The notes under the pieces: generated by a model | Database searches by the model: none | What the model saw: the letters and a program-made list of their open reading frames with translations, nothing else | What the model was told of the DNA's origin: nothing | Made by a program: the position numbers and the translations under genes | Assembly: GCA_013265495.1 (NCBI GenBank) | Contig: MU058636.1 | Location: forward strand, 5,863,741-5,927,740 | Source of the DNA: Vicugna vicugna | Lineage: Eukaryota | Reading direction: 5' to 3' | Length of the DNA: 64,000 nucleotides | In this document: positions 52,665 to 64,000 of the stretch, piece after piece | Layout: the number at the start of each line of letters is the position of its first letter | How positions within the stretch are numbered: position 1 is the first letter of the stretch

Positions 52665-53400
52665 TTTCTTTCCATTTTTTAAATTTTGGAATAAATTTAG
52701 ACTCACAAGAGGTTGCGAAATTAGTGCAAAGAGTTGCTATGTATCCTTCCGCCAGCTTCCCCCAATGATAGCATCTTATATAACCAAAGGATATTATTAG
52801 AACCAGATCATTGACACAGGTATAATTCTATTAACTAAATTATACACCCCTAATTCAGATTTCATCTGTTTTTTTTTTCTGTATGCAGACATTTTTGGGA
52901 GGATATATAGTTTTATGAAATTTTATCATATTTTTAAATTTGTGTAACTTCCACCACAGTCAGCCTACACAAATGTTCCATCACCATAAAGAAACTCCAC
53001 TGTGCCGCTCTTCTATAGTCATGCTCTCTTCCCAATCCCAACCTCTGGCAACACTGATCTATTTTTTGTCACTATAATTTTGTTATTTTGAGACTGTTTG
53101 ATAAATGGGATCATGCAGGGTATGTTTTGATCTGTTTTTTTCACTTAGCATACTGTCCTTGAGATCCATTCAAGTTGTGTAAATCAATGTTCATTCCTTT
53201 TTATTGCTGAGAAGTAGTCCTTTGTATGGATGCACCACAGTTTGTTTATCTGATCACCCACTGAAGGACATTTGGGTTACTTCTAGCTTTTGCCTCTTAC
53301 AAATAAAGCTGCTATCAACATTCAGATAGAAGTTTTTGGGAGAACAAACATTTTTATTTATCTAGCATAAATAACCAGGCATGTAATTGATGAGTCATGT
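52665..53400 (-). mobile_element. Old L1 3' region
   Basis: cccagcttcccc-like motif and cctctggcaacactgatct..gagatccattcaagttg..actgaaggacatttgggtt. Confidence 0.7.
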
Positions 53401-53564
53401 TTTATAGTGGAAATAATTAACAACTAAGTATATATATATATTTTTTTTTCTTTTTTTAGAATTAAAATGATCAAATATATTTATTTTTATAAAAAGTCAC
53501 AACTTTGTTTTTGTCATTTTGCCACCAATGCATGAATAGTTCATTATGGAATATAATCAAAGTT

Positions 53565-54775
53565 ATTTTTTAAGGTTATACTCCATTTATAGTTATTATA
53601 AAATATTGGCTATATTCCCTGTGTTGCACAATATATCCTTGTAGCTTATTTTATGCCTAGTAATTTATACCTCTTACTCCTCTACCCCTACATTGCCCCT
53701 CCCCTCCCCCACTGGTAACCACTGGTTTTTCTCTATATCTGTGAGTTTGCTTCTTTTTTGTTATATTCACTAATTTGTTGTATTTTTTTAGACTCCACAT
53801 ATAAATGGTGTCATACAGTATTTGTCTTTCTCTGCCTGACTTAGTTTTACTTAGCATAATGCCCTCCAAGTGTATCCATGTTGCTGTAAATGGCAAAATT
53901 TCATTCTTTTTCATAGCTGAGTAGTATTCCATTGCATATATACACCACGTCTTCTTTATACATTTGTCTGTTGATGGACACTTTGGTTGCTTCCATATCT
54001 TGGCAATTGTAAATAATGCTTCTATGAACATTGGGTGCATGTATCTTTTAGAATTAGGGGTTTTGTTTTTTTTCAGTTGTATACCCAGGAGTGAGACTGC
54101 TGGGTCACATGGTAGTTCTATTTTTAGTTTTTTTAGAAATCTCCATACTATTTTCCACAGTGTCTGCACAATCTTCTTTATACATTTGTCTGTTGATGGA
54201 CACTTAGGTTGCTTTCATATCTTGGCAATTGTAAATAATGCTTCTATGAACATTGGGTGCATGTATCTTTTAGAATTAGGGGTTTTGTTTTTTTTCAGTT
54301 GTATACCCAGGAGTGAGACTGCTGGGTCACATGGTAGTTCTATTTTTAGTTTTTTTAGAAATCTCCATACTATTTTCCACAGTGTCTGCACCAATTTACA
54401 TTCCCACCAGCAAACTATGAGGGTTCCCTTTTCTCCACATCCTTGCCAACATTTGTTATTCCTTGCCTTTTTGATGGTAGCCATTCTGAAATGTGTGAAG
54501 TAATATCTCAATGTGGTTTTGATTTGCATTTCCGTGATCATTAGCAATGTTGAGGATCTATTCATGTGCTTGTTGGCCATCTGCATTTCCTCTTGGAAAA
54601 TGTCTATTTAGTTCTTCTGCCCACTTTTAAATTTTTTAATGTCCAATCCTATGAGCTGTTTATATATTTTGGATATTAATTCCTTATTGGCTATATTATT
54701 TGCAAATATTTTCTCCCATTCAACAGGTTGTCTTTTTTTTGTCAGTGATTTCCTCTGCTGTGCAAAAGCTTCTGA
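53565..54775 (-). mobile_element. L1 3' fragment (ORF2 C-terminus plus 3'UTR) with an internal 222-bp tandem duplication
   Basis: Minus-strand ORFs give L1 ORF2 C-terminal peptides ([58 protein letters not shown]). Confidence 0.95.
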
Positions 54776-57700
54776 AACACTTTTTAAAAGCAACTACACA
54801 ATAAACTGAGTGATCAAAACATACTGAACAACTTACAACTCAAGAATGTGACATTCCACCACTTCTGGCTCACTCTTTTAAAAATACATGATGACATCTT
54901 AGGGAAATCCTGTCATTGACCTCTCCCGTTCTTTAGATGCATGCTACAGGGTTTGACTTGAATGAGTCTACTTTGACCAAAATTGTGCTTGTTTTGGGGA
55001 AATTGTTTTACTTGTCTACTAGCTGATGTTTTATGTTGGAAAATGAAGTCAAGTAAACATGTGGTCATAGTCCTGAATTATAGCTGTAGACACTGGGAGC
55101 TGTTTAGAAGCTAACCTGATTTAGAAGAGCAGTCTTTGAAAGCTCTAGCATGAAATGACCCAGTTACTCTGATCTCTACTATATCATCAAAGGCACCATC
55201 TTTTGAATTGTCCCTGACTGTCAGAAATATGCTGGAGATGAGCCTTGTAAGGGTGCCAAGGCTGTTTTGTTCATAAAGAATTTCTCCCTATAATCCATCC
55301 AGCTGAACCTTGTAATTATAGCCAGAGCCTTGCTCACCATGGCGACCATGGCTGCTGCTATCGAATATTAAATCTATTGATCTTGAGCATAGAGTACATC
55401 TCAGAGTTTCAAATGGCCCTTGTATTACCTTCCCACAGGGATAAAGTATATTTTAGTTTCTTGTGGGTTTCTAAAAGCTCATCTTGTCTCTTGGCATAAT
55501 GTGTTCTTTTAATTTGCTGGAATTTTGTTATTCCCCAGATACAGATGCAAACTAGAGGACAGAGGAGAGAAGTAGTCCAAGGAATGTAGAGTTCCTGCCT
55601 TTCAAGTCACTTTTCTTCTGCTCTGCTGTCCTCACATCCAGGTCATTTCCCAAACTCCTCTAATCTTAGAGTGAAAGCCAATTCTTTTGTTCTTTTAGGC
55701 TGTGTTGGGGAGATGGTGGGCTCCTGGAACAGAGACTGCCCCACTGAACAGAGCTGCTTTTAAACCTGTAATGAATAATCCCTAGGAGGCTGGTTTGTCT
55801 ATCTTGGGCAAAACTGGTTAGTTTGAAATATGGCAGAGATTAACTATTACACTATGTTATAGTACCAAACTGTACTATACTATATATAATTAAAGTACTG
55901 TATCATTATATTACCATGTCATACTGTAATATATATGAAAATATAAACATTTGAGACGTCACAGGGAAAAAGTTGATATAAGAGTTGGGAGATCAGGAAC
56001 AGTTCTCGGCTTTGTTATTTTATTATTCGCTAGTTGTGTTATTTAACCCTTCCTTGCCCCAATTTTCTCCTCTGTAGATGGAAATTAACTATAATAATAT
56101 CAATTTCATAGGTGTGTTGGTGGAATAAAAAGAAAATGTTAAGGTGAAGCACACTGCTTTTGAAGAAGGAAAAGATAATACTAGAGGTTATTAAAACTGA
56201 AGTATAGTTTTAGCAGACACAAGAAAAATCTTAATATTTGTCAAAATGTCTAGTTCTTGAGACCAAAAGACTAATTTTGTTTTTAACCTTAGAATAGTTT
56301 GAAGATGCTGCCTAGCAATGAACTTGGCTTTCCCATATTTATTTTTCCTAGTAGAGTGCTTCACACAATAGGCATTAAAAATATTATTTCATTTCCTTCT
56401 CAATATCCCTTATAGCTAGTAATGGTCATGATAAGTTCTGGCCACTGAGACATAGGGGTAAATGTCTATGAAGGATTTTCCTCCCTTAAAAAAAATAAAT
56501 GAGACCTTCAGGGAGAGTTTTCTCACCTTCTCCATTTCTTTCCTGTATTTAAATGATTCTGAGAACTTTAGACCTTCTTATGACCACAGGTGATAAACCC
56601 AAAGACAGAAGCCAAAATGCTAAGGACAGCAGAGTGAAATGATGGAAGATCCTAGGTGACACAACCATACACCTGAACCACCCTAGGACCATGTCCCTTT
56701 AGACTTTGAGAAAATAAAACCTCTTATTATTTAAGCCATTTTCTGTAACATTCTGTTTATTTGCACCTGAAGGCATCCTAACCAATATACAAAAAGAGCT
56801 TCTTCCTCAGAAGCACAAGCTCAGGGGTCCCACTTATATACAATGTGATGGTGCTCCTAAGAGTTGTACAACAAGATGACCTTGGACTTGGTGAACTCTT
56901 ACTCATCCTTTAAGACTTATCTCAAATATTGCCTCTTCTGGGAAGTCCTGTACACAGAATAATCACTTCTAGTCAAACACGGTATCTTGTAATTATATAT
57001 TGTTATAGAAATGGCAGTTTTTATAATGAATTGTGATAAATGTCGCTGAGTCTGTTTCTCAGGTGCAGAGGCCGTGTCATGTTCATCTTATCTAGCATCT
57101 TATCCTAGCATCTAGCATATGTATCTTCCACTTATTCAATCAGTGCTCACAAACAGTTTCTGCAATAAAACAAGCTTTATTTACCTATTGAGTGATAATA
57201 GATCTTAATTATAGTAAAAGTTATCCAGATCTTATATAGCATAAGCCTAGAAAATGTTGGTATTTTTCTCCATATGGATTTTGGAAAAATATATATGACA
57301 AAACATTTATTGATAATAGGTATTTATTTTAATGAAAATCTTAAATTTATATTTAAGGGCCATACTTCCTTCATCCCAACTCTTACCCATCCTATGTCTA
57401 TACCGGCAGCTGAAAGATGAGATTGGATTTAGCATGATAATCCTGAGGCTACAAGGATCCATCACTTCATTGAGAGATGTAGTTATGTTCACTAGACTGT
57501 GTTTATTTAGTAAGGCAAGAAATTATGTATAGACATTTCGAGGAACATTTAGAAACCATGAGAGTTGAACCAACAGAGGACTGGGTTACTCTTTAACCAT
57601 CAGTTGGGAAAACTTGCAAGCTCAATCACTGCAGACTCGTGATTCTTCAAGAATTTGCCTAATTTAAAATTAATTCATTTATTCATTCAACAAAAGCTTT

Positions 57701-59069
57701 TAATAACCTACTATGCATTAAATTTTTTCTGAGATCTATATATTCAAGAGCCCTGTGTTCATGGACCTTATATGTTTGTTTACATGTTGATAATGGCCAT
57801 CTTTAGGGTCAGGAGCAATCCTACAACTTCTTGACAAAAAAGTCCCAGAGAGTGCTGAGGCTCACTTTTTATGCTGAGTAGGGTGAGTAGAGTCCTAGCT
57901 TTGTTCTGAGGTATTACTGTGTAATTCTTAGCAATGTGTCACTCTATATAGAACTGACATGTAGGGAATGATGTTAAATTTATGAATTTGGACATTTGGT
58001 TAGACACTACACCAATTTTATATTTGGTAGTGTGATCTGAGTACTATTCAATCCATGTCTGAAAGTAATCTCAGAGTTTATGTATGTAGTATAGCTTGCC
58101 CTATATGGGTAGTTCTACTCAATCTGATAGCCAGTAATATAATGTCAATCTGACTTAATCTGACGACTCCCAGAAACCACACAATGATAATTCAGATGCC
58201 AGTGCATTGCCCCTGTGCTGATGAAATGAGCAAAACTCTTGCCTCAAAATGGTTCAGCAGATTTTCCCATCACAGTTCCCATCTCTCTTCAGAAAACCTT
58301 TGAGGTTTTGGAACCAGAATGTTTAGTTGTCAGTTACTGTGTTAGACATTGTGTTGAGCTTAATTATGTTGTAACCTGTAAACCCATTACAAATTGATGA
58401 TATAGGAAGTACCCCTCTGACATACTGATGGATGAAACTGAGGCTTCAAGAGCTTAGGTTCCTTGTCCAAGGTCATACAGCTTGTAGGTGGGCCAGCTAA
58501 GATTTAAGCCAGGTCTGTGGGACTCCCAAGTCCATTCCTATTCCTTTTATACCATGTTTTCTTTCAACTATATCAATATGTAAAATTAACCTAATTTTTA
58601 AATGCAGACACTTAGGAATAGCATATTGCATATCAATCACAGAGTTCATGAAATAACATTGATTTTGTGTTACATATAATTAATATACAAACTGAAAAAC
58701 CTGAAACTTATTATAACTTTCAACTTTCTGGTCCTTCTAGGTTATGGTAACGCTAAAAAACCTGAAGAGTCTGCCACATTTAGTGGTTGTAAAAATTAAT
58801 AAACTAAGGATCTTCCACAGTCTTGCTTGCTAAGTCTGATATTAAATACACAACTAAGAGTGGCAATGGTATTTTTAAGGATTCCGTATGCATTTGAAAT
58901 ACTGGCAGAATTTCATATGTAGGAACTCTAATAATAGAAACAACTTCACCACTTTTGGTTTTAATGTGTTCTTTCTATTCATAGGCCAGGTTTCCTAAGG
59001 TTTTATCTTGAAGTGTTAACAGGGAAATCTGTCACCAGTAAAGGACTAAATGAAGTCACGAGGCATATA

Positions 59070-59400
59070 ACAAGCAGAACAGACAAGTAACCTTCACTCG
59101 GATACTTAAGAAAACACTGGCAGAAACCCTGATATAATCAATTTGCAAATAACTTGAAACAAGAAGGTACTTAGTGGATAGTGACTAATACGTCCTACTT
59201 AAAACCAAATCCTTTTAAACTAATCTAATATGGTAGATCAAGGAGAAATAATAGATGTACTCTGTCTTGATTGCAGCAAATCTTTTGATTATCTTCATGT
59301 TACACCCATAAATGAACAAAAAAGAAAAAAAAGTGATCTACAGCCAATAGCTGACTGGATTATAGTCACTACATAGTGTCAAACATCTGGATGAAACTAG
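59070..59400 (+). mobile_element. CR1/L3 LINE reverse-transcriptase remnant
   Basis: gtagatcaagga..atagatgtactctgtcttgattgcagcaaatcttttgat translates LDCSKSFD, matching the RT motif LDFSKAFD. Confidence 0.6.
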
Positions 59401-60794
59401 CAGATGCTCTGTTTCTATAATGTCAGATCTATGTGTATAAATACAACATATACACACATGTGCACACATACACACATAGAATATATGTATTTGGAAATAT
59501 CTGAATTTTAGCCTTTGTTATTTTACTGGAATTTTTACATCATATGAACTTACTTGAAGTCCTATGTCCCAAATACAAAGAATATGAATAATTGTGAGAA
59601 AGTTCACAGGAATGAAAGGAAAATGAATGAGACATCAGAAAAAGTATAGATGTTAATGCTATCAGGATAATCCAATCTGTAAAAAAGGTAGATAAGAGAT
59701 AATAATATTATTTGACTATGCCTACATACTAAATAAAACAACCAAAAAATTTGGTCAGATGACTATCCGAGAAAGTCAGATAAGTTAAAAAAATCCAGTG
59801 ATGCCATCAAAATAGTAATTGATAGCCTACATGTGTATTGGTTGAACTTTTACTAATAGCTCAGTCATCTAAAATATAGGAATTTGCTGGCCCTTGAGGA
59901 GTATTGCCTTGGGAGGATGGACAGATCAAAGACAAAAATTAGAGGAAAGTTAAATGATCAAGAGAGAACATAAAAGCCAGAGATCCAGAAGCCAGAATAA
60001 GGGATATGGACCCTCTGCACGTTAATAGAAAGTTCCATCTACCTGAAACCAAAGGGACTTGTGGCTTAAAGAAAGGTTGCCTCAGCCTGGAAAATGCCTT
60101 ATATTTTTCTGCCGCAATTAAAACCATAAGGTTTGCAAAGCTGGGTGTTTGTGCTACATTTCTGTTTCCTGACTTTGTTCCATCTTCCTTTTTTCTTTGG
60201 TAATTCCATCAGTGACTCCTCCTAAGGTCCTTGCTTCACCTCATCCAACAATCTAAGATTTCAAACCCTTGGATTGGTGCTTTCATGCATTCTCCCCACT
60301 TCCCAGCAAAGACCACCAAGATTTCCCATCAACACACTTTCACTCATGAGCATATTTCCTCCAGTTTAAAACCTCAGCATCAGATTCTTTGCAGCTTCTA
60401 AAATGTAAGTGATAAACTGATTCATTTGAAGTCATTTAGTGGAAAAAGTCCTGAGGAAAATACTTCCCTACCAGAAAAGTGTCCACCCACAGCACAGACC
60501 CTAACCCCTGCCCTGCTATAGGTACATTTAAAAAAATGACTATTCTGACTTTCCAAATCTAAGGCAACAGCAGTTACATGGAATAACACTGATGGTGGGA
60601 ATATCAGACCAGGTCAAGAGTGGTGAACGTATAGGCAGGAGACAGGGTGAATATGGCTGGAAAAACATAAGGATATATTAGGAGTCTGATAGAACATGAT
60701 GTGGTTTTCGGATCCTATTAGAAGTAGCCTCCTTGCTTGCTCAAACATAAGGCTGACCCTATCTCAAGCCTGTATGATTCTATCAGAATAATGT

Positions 60795-61040
60795 GTTGTG
60801 GTTTAAGTTCCATGGATGTGGGGTAAGACTGCCCAAGAGCAAACCTTAGCCCTTACTAGTGGTGTAACTTTAGGCAGGCTACTTAACCTCTATGACTCAG
60901 TTTCCTCAGCTGTAAAATGGGAATGATGATAATAGCACCTCCCTGAGGATCAGTTAAGTTAAGTATGTTCATGTAAAGTGCTTAGACTAGTACCTAGCAG
61001 ATGAGAAGTGGATAATAAATAGTGGCTAATTATTGCTTAT
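60795..61040 (+). mobile_element. MIR SINE
   Basis: acttaacctctatgactcagtttcctcagctgtaaaatgggaatgatgataatagcacct. Confidence 0.8.
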
Positions 61041-62084
61041 GATGTTGACTATTACTACCATTACCACAGTGCTAAGACTCTGCCTGAAGAAAATGAGCGT
61101 AGTCATTTTTTTCTTACTTACCAAATAACCACTAAATACCTCTGATATGCCAAAGAGTTTCTTGATATTTGCATGAACTGTTGAATAAGACAGGAACCAT
61201 TAATGTTGTAGTAGGGGAAAGGGAATATAAATAAATACATTAAATGATCAAGTAAATAATTATAAACTATGACTATTGCTATGAAGGAAACAAACATGGT
61301 GCTGAATTAGAAAAATAATGGAGGAAAATATACTATCCATTCTCAGATTGGTCAGAAAAGCCCTCCCTCGGGTAATAACATTTAAGTTGAGACCCGAATG
61401 TTGAGAAGGAACCAGAAATTTGAAAAGGCAGAGTGAATGTAGGTGTGGAAGCATGGGGATCTATTTGGAGACTGATAAATCATGATGTGACTCTCAGTTC
61501 CCCTCAGAATTAGCTCTGAAGGAACATGTGAAACAGTCAGTGGACTGTTGTCCTTACATTTCACTTCTTATTCATGAAATAAAAATCAGCAGTAAAAAGA
61601 TTTGCACCTGGCAGTAAAGCCTATCGAAAATCGTACCTTAAAGTTTTATCCAGTCACATTTAAAGGTCGCAGTTTAATTTCATATTGAGTGTTTATCCTT
61701 TGTCGGATAGCTTACCTGTATATAATGCCAAGGTTGTCAACTCTACTTTCAGAATTTACCTCATGTTCATCCACTTTTCTTCAGTACTACTGACCGTCTT
61801 CCCGATCCAGCCCACCATTATGTCACCTGGAGAGGTTCAGTAGCCTCTCCAGTTCCACTCAATAGAACTACTAGAGTGAACATTACAAAATGTGAATTAG
61901 ATGATGTCATTCCCATTTTCAACTTTCCTATCCTTCCTTTTCCACCACAAATAAAATCCTTTCTATGGCCTGAAAGCCTCCACACAATCCAACCTCTGCC
62001 CAGCTCCTGACCAGACTCCAGATGATTCTCTGCCTCTCTCATGTTGCCCACTTCACTTTCCCCATCTCTTTCTTAAGTCTAAAG

Positions 62085-62542
62085 TCAGTGAACAAAACAA
62101 GGAACCAAGCCCGATTTGTAGCTTTTGCCAATTTCTATGGTGTAAATACTTCCACCTTGACCAATTACAAGCTATGGATACAATGTCACTGGACATGGAG
62201 CTGGGCAGAGAAGCACAGTTGTCCCCCGTTGTAGTACTACCACCTTACAGATAGCAGGAGGTGTAACAAACTCAAGAGCACAGATAGTAGTAAAATTTAT
62301 AATATGATTAGAAAGTAATATAATTTGAGTATTGATTGGCATTTTTTTTTAATTGAAGTATAGTCAGTTTACAATGTGTCAGTTACTGGTGTATGATTGC
62401 CTTTGTTTTAAATGAAATGTAATTGTAAGTTTATGTAATTCATTTTTTGAAGTGCATATTTTTAAAAAGTAGCTTGCAAAATTTCTGAAAATTTAACAGT
62501 AGGTTCTCATGAGCTGGTACATACTGACTCCAAATCATCACT
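62085..62542 (-). mobile_element. MER63-like hAT element containing a ~52-bp L1 3' insertion (62342-62393)
   Basis: gatttgtagcttttgccaatttctatggtgtaaatact..gcaaaatttctgaaaatttaaca..tctcatgagctggtac; the insert ttttaattgaagtatagtcagtttacaatgtgtcag is flanked by tgattgg / tgattgc. Confidence 0.7.
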
Positions 62543-62619
62543 ATATGTACCCCAGAAGTTCTTAAACACTCCTGCTTGGATATTTACACAAAACAAAGAA
62601 AATTCTCTATGTTTTGGTG

Positions 62620-63960
62620 ATTTTTTTTCTCAGCTGTTGTTTGGAAAAGTTTTTAGCTCTCCTTCATTTCTGAAGGATAACCTTGCTGGATAGAGTATTC
62701 TTGTATGGAATTTTTTTCTTTCATCACTTTGAATATATTATCCTACTCTCTCCTGGCTTTAGATTGCTACTAAAAAATCTGTTGATTTGATCAGCCTTGG
62801 GGGTTCCCTTGTAAGTCCCAAGTTTCTTTTCTCAAAGTTTTTTAAGATTCTCTCTTTGATTTTTTTTTTTTTTTACAGTTTTATTGTAGTGTATCTTAGA
62901 GAGGATCTCTTTAAGTTGAGTTTTTTTGGTGACCTGTGAGCTTCATGAACTTGGATATCCGAATCTTTCCCCAGATTTGGGATGTTCTCATCCATTTTTT
63001 TTTTAAATAAGCTTTCTGCCCTTCTTCTCTTCTCTTTCTGGAACTCCAGTAACTCACAACTGGCTCTTTAATTGGTATCCCAATAGATCTTGGAGACTTT
63101 CTTCACTTTTTTCCAATCCTTTTTCTTTGTTCTTCCTGATGGGATTATTTCAAAATTCCTCTCTTCAGACATACACGTTCTTCTTCTGTCTGATCTATTC
63201 TGTTGTTGATGCTCTGTATTGCATTTTTTTCATTTCATTCATTGTATTCTTCAGCCCTAGAATTTGTTTGCTTTTTTTTTTATAACTTTTATCTCTCAGT
63301 TAAACTTCTCATTTTGTTCATATATTGTGTTGCTGATTTCATTGAATTGTCTTTCTTGTTTTCTTGTAGCCCGTTGGGTTTCCTTAAAATAGCTGTTTTG
63401 TATTCTTTATCGAGTAAATTGTAGAGCTCCATGTCTTTCTTAATGGCTCCTAGGTTATTATTGTAATCCTCTAGTGGTGCCATGTTTTCTTGATTTCCCA
63501 TGTTCCATTGAAGTGTTTTTTCACTACTATCTTTGCCTTTGAAGTAGCAGTCACTTCCTCCAGTTACAAACTGGCCTTGCTAATGTGTCTAAACTCATAT
63601 ATTTTTGTTCCATCAGTGTGGTGGAACTTCCCTGCTAGAAATCTGAACTTTCTCAGAGGCTTTTTTTGTCCATGGGTGATTGTCTAAGACAATGTTTTGC
63701 ATGGCCTCTGGAGCATAGCTGAAAGGGGCTGGAGCTAATTCATGGGTCATTGCAGGGTCCACAGCCAGGACCAAGTCTATGTGCCTATTACCCAAAGCAT
63801 GGGAGTTTGAGGCCCTCCTGAGTCTCTTGGCATATGGTACGGGATCCCACAGCTCCCACAAAGGTACTCTTATCTGTGAGTGGATACAAAATTGGTGTTG
63901 AGGAACACACAACAAGAGACATCTTAGTCAACCATGATGCTTGACACTTAAACATTACTG
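62620..63960 (-). mobile_element. Old L1 ORF1/5' region remnant
   Basis: ORF 63289-63501 (QENMAP..DMELYNLLDKEYKTAILRK..LQEN) resembles the L1 ORF1p N-terminus; ctccttcatttctgaaggataac..gctggatagagtattctt is an ORF1 C-terminal motif. Confidence 0.8.
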
Positions 63961-64000
63961 AATGATTGGATGAGTACTCTTATTCTATGGTCAAACTAAA

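Noticed and set aside
53657..54793. Longest ORFs in the window (170, 179 and 123 aa)
   Set aside because: These are L1 ORF2 C-terminal fragments and their antisense frame, lengthened by the in-frame duplication.
1..64000. CRISPR array, operon or prokaryotic defence system
   Set aside because: The sequence is mammalian (spliceosomal introns, SINEs and LINEs), and no repeat-spacer array is seen.

Overview
Mammalian genomic DNA, most likely from a camelid (alpaca, llama or camel); this rests on a tRNA-Ala-derived vic-1-type SINE and on short L1 3' ends. The only intact protein-coding gene is RFC3 (replication factor C 38-kDa subunit, orthologue of yeast Rfc5). It lies on the + strand in 9 coding exons (3318-19842, 1071 nt, 356 aa), all introns are GT-AG, and it has a CpG-island promoter with several E2F-type sites. 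Intron 1 carries an antisense processed FKBP3 (FKBP25) pseudogene nested inside a tiny L1 fragment, with two nested target-site duplications. The ~44 kb after RFC3 has no recognisable gene and is rich in repeats (L1, L2, CR1/L3, MIR, MaLR/ERVL/ERV1 LTRs, hAT MITEs). Points worth a second look: a probable decayed Gypsy/PNMA-like gag at ~28-29.5 kb, an internally deleted ERVL at ~39.2-41.4 kb, a near-perfect 222-bp tandem duplication inside an L1, and a perfect 17-bp hairpin in a MER53-like MITE. I see no convincing new biological system. Repeat family names come from visual recognition of remembered consensus sequences and need RepeatMasker/Dfam confirmation; repeat boundaries are approximate.
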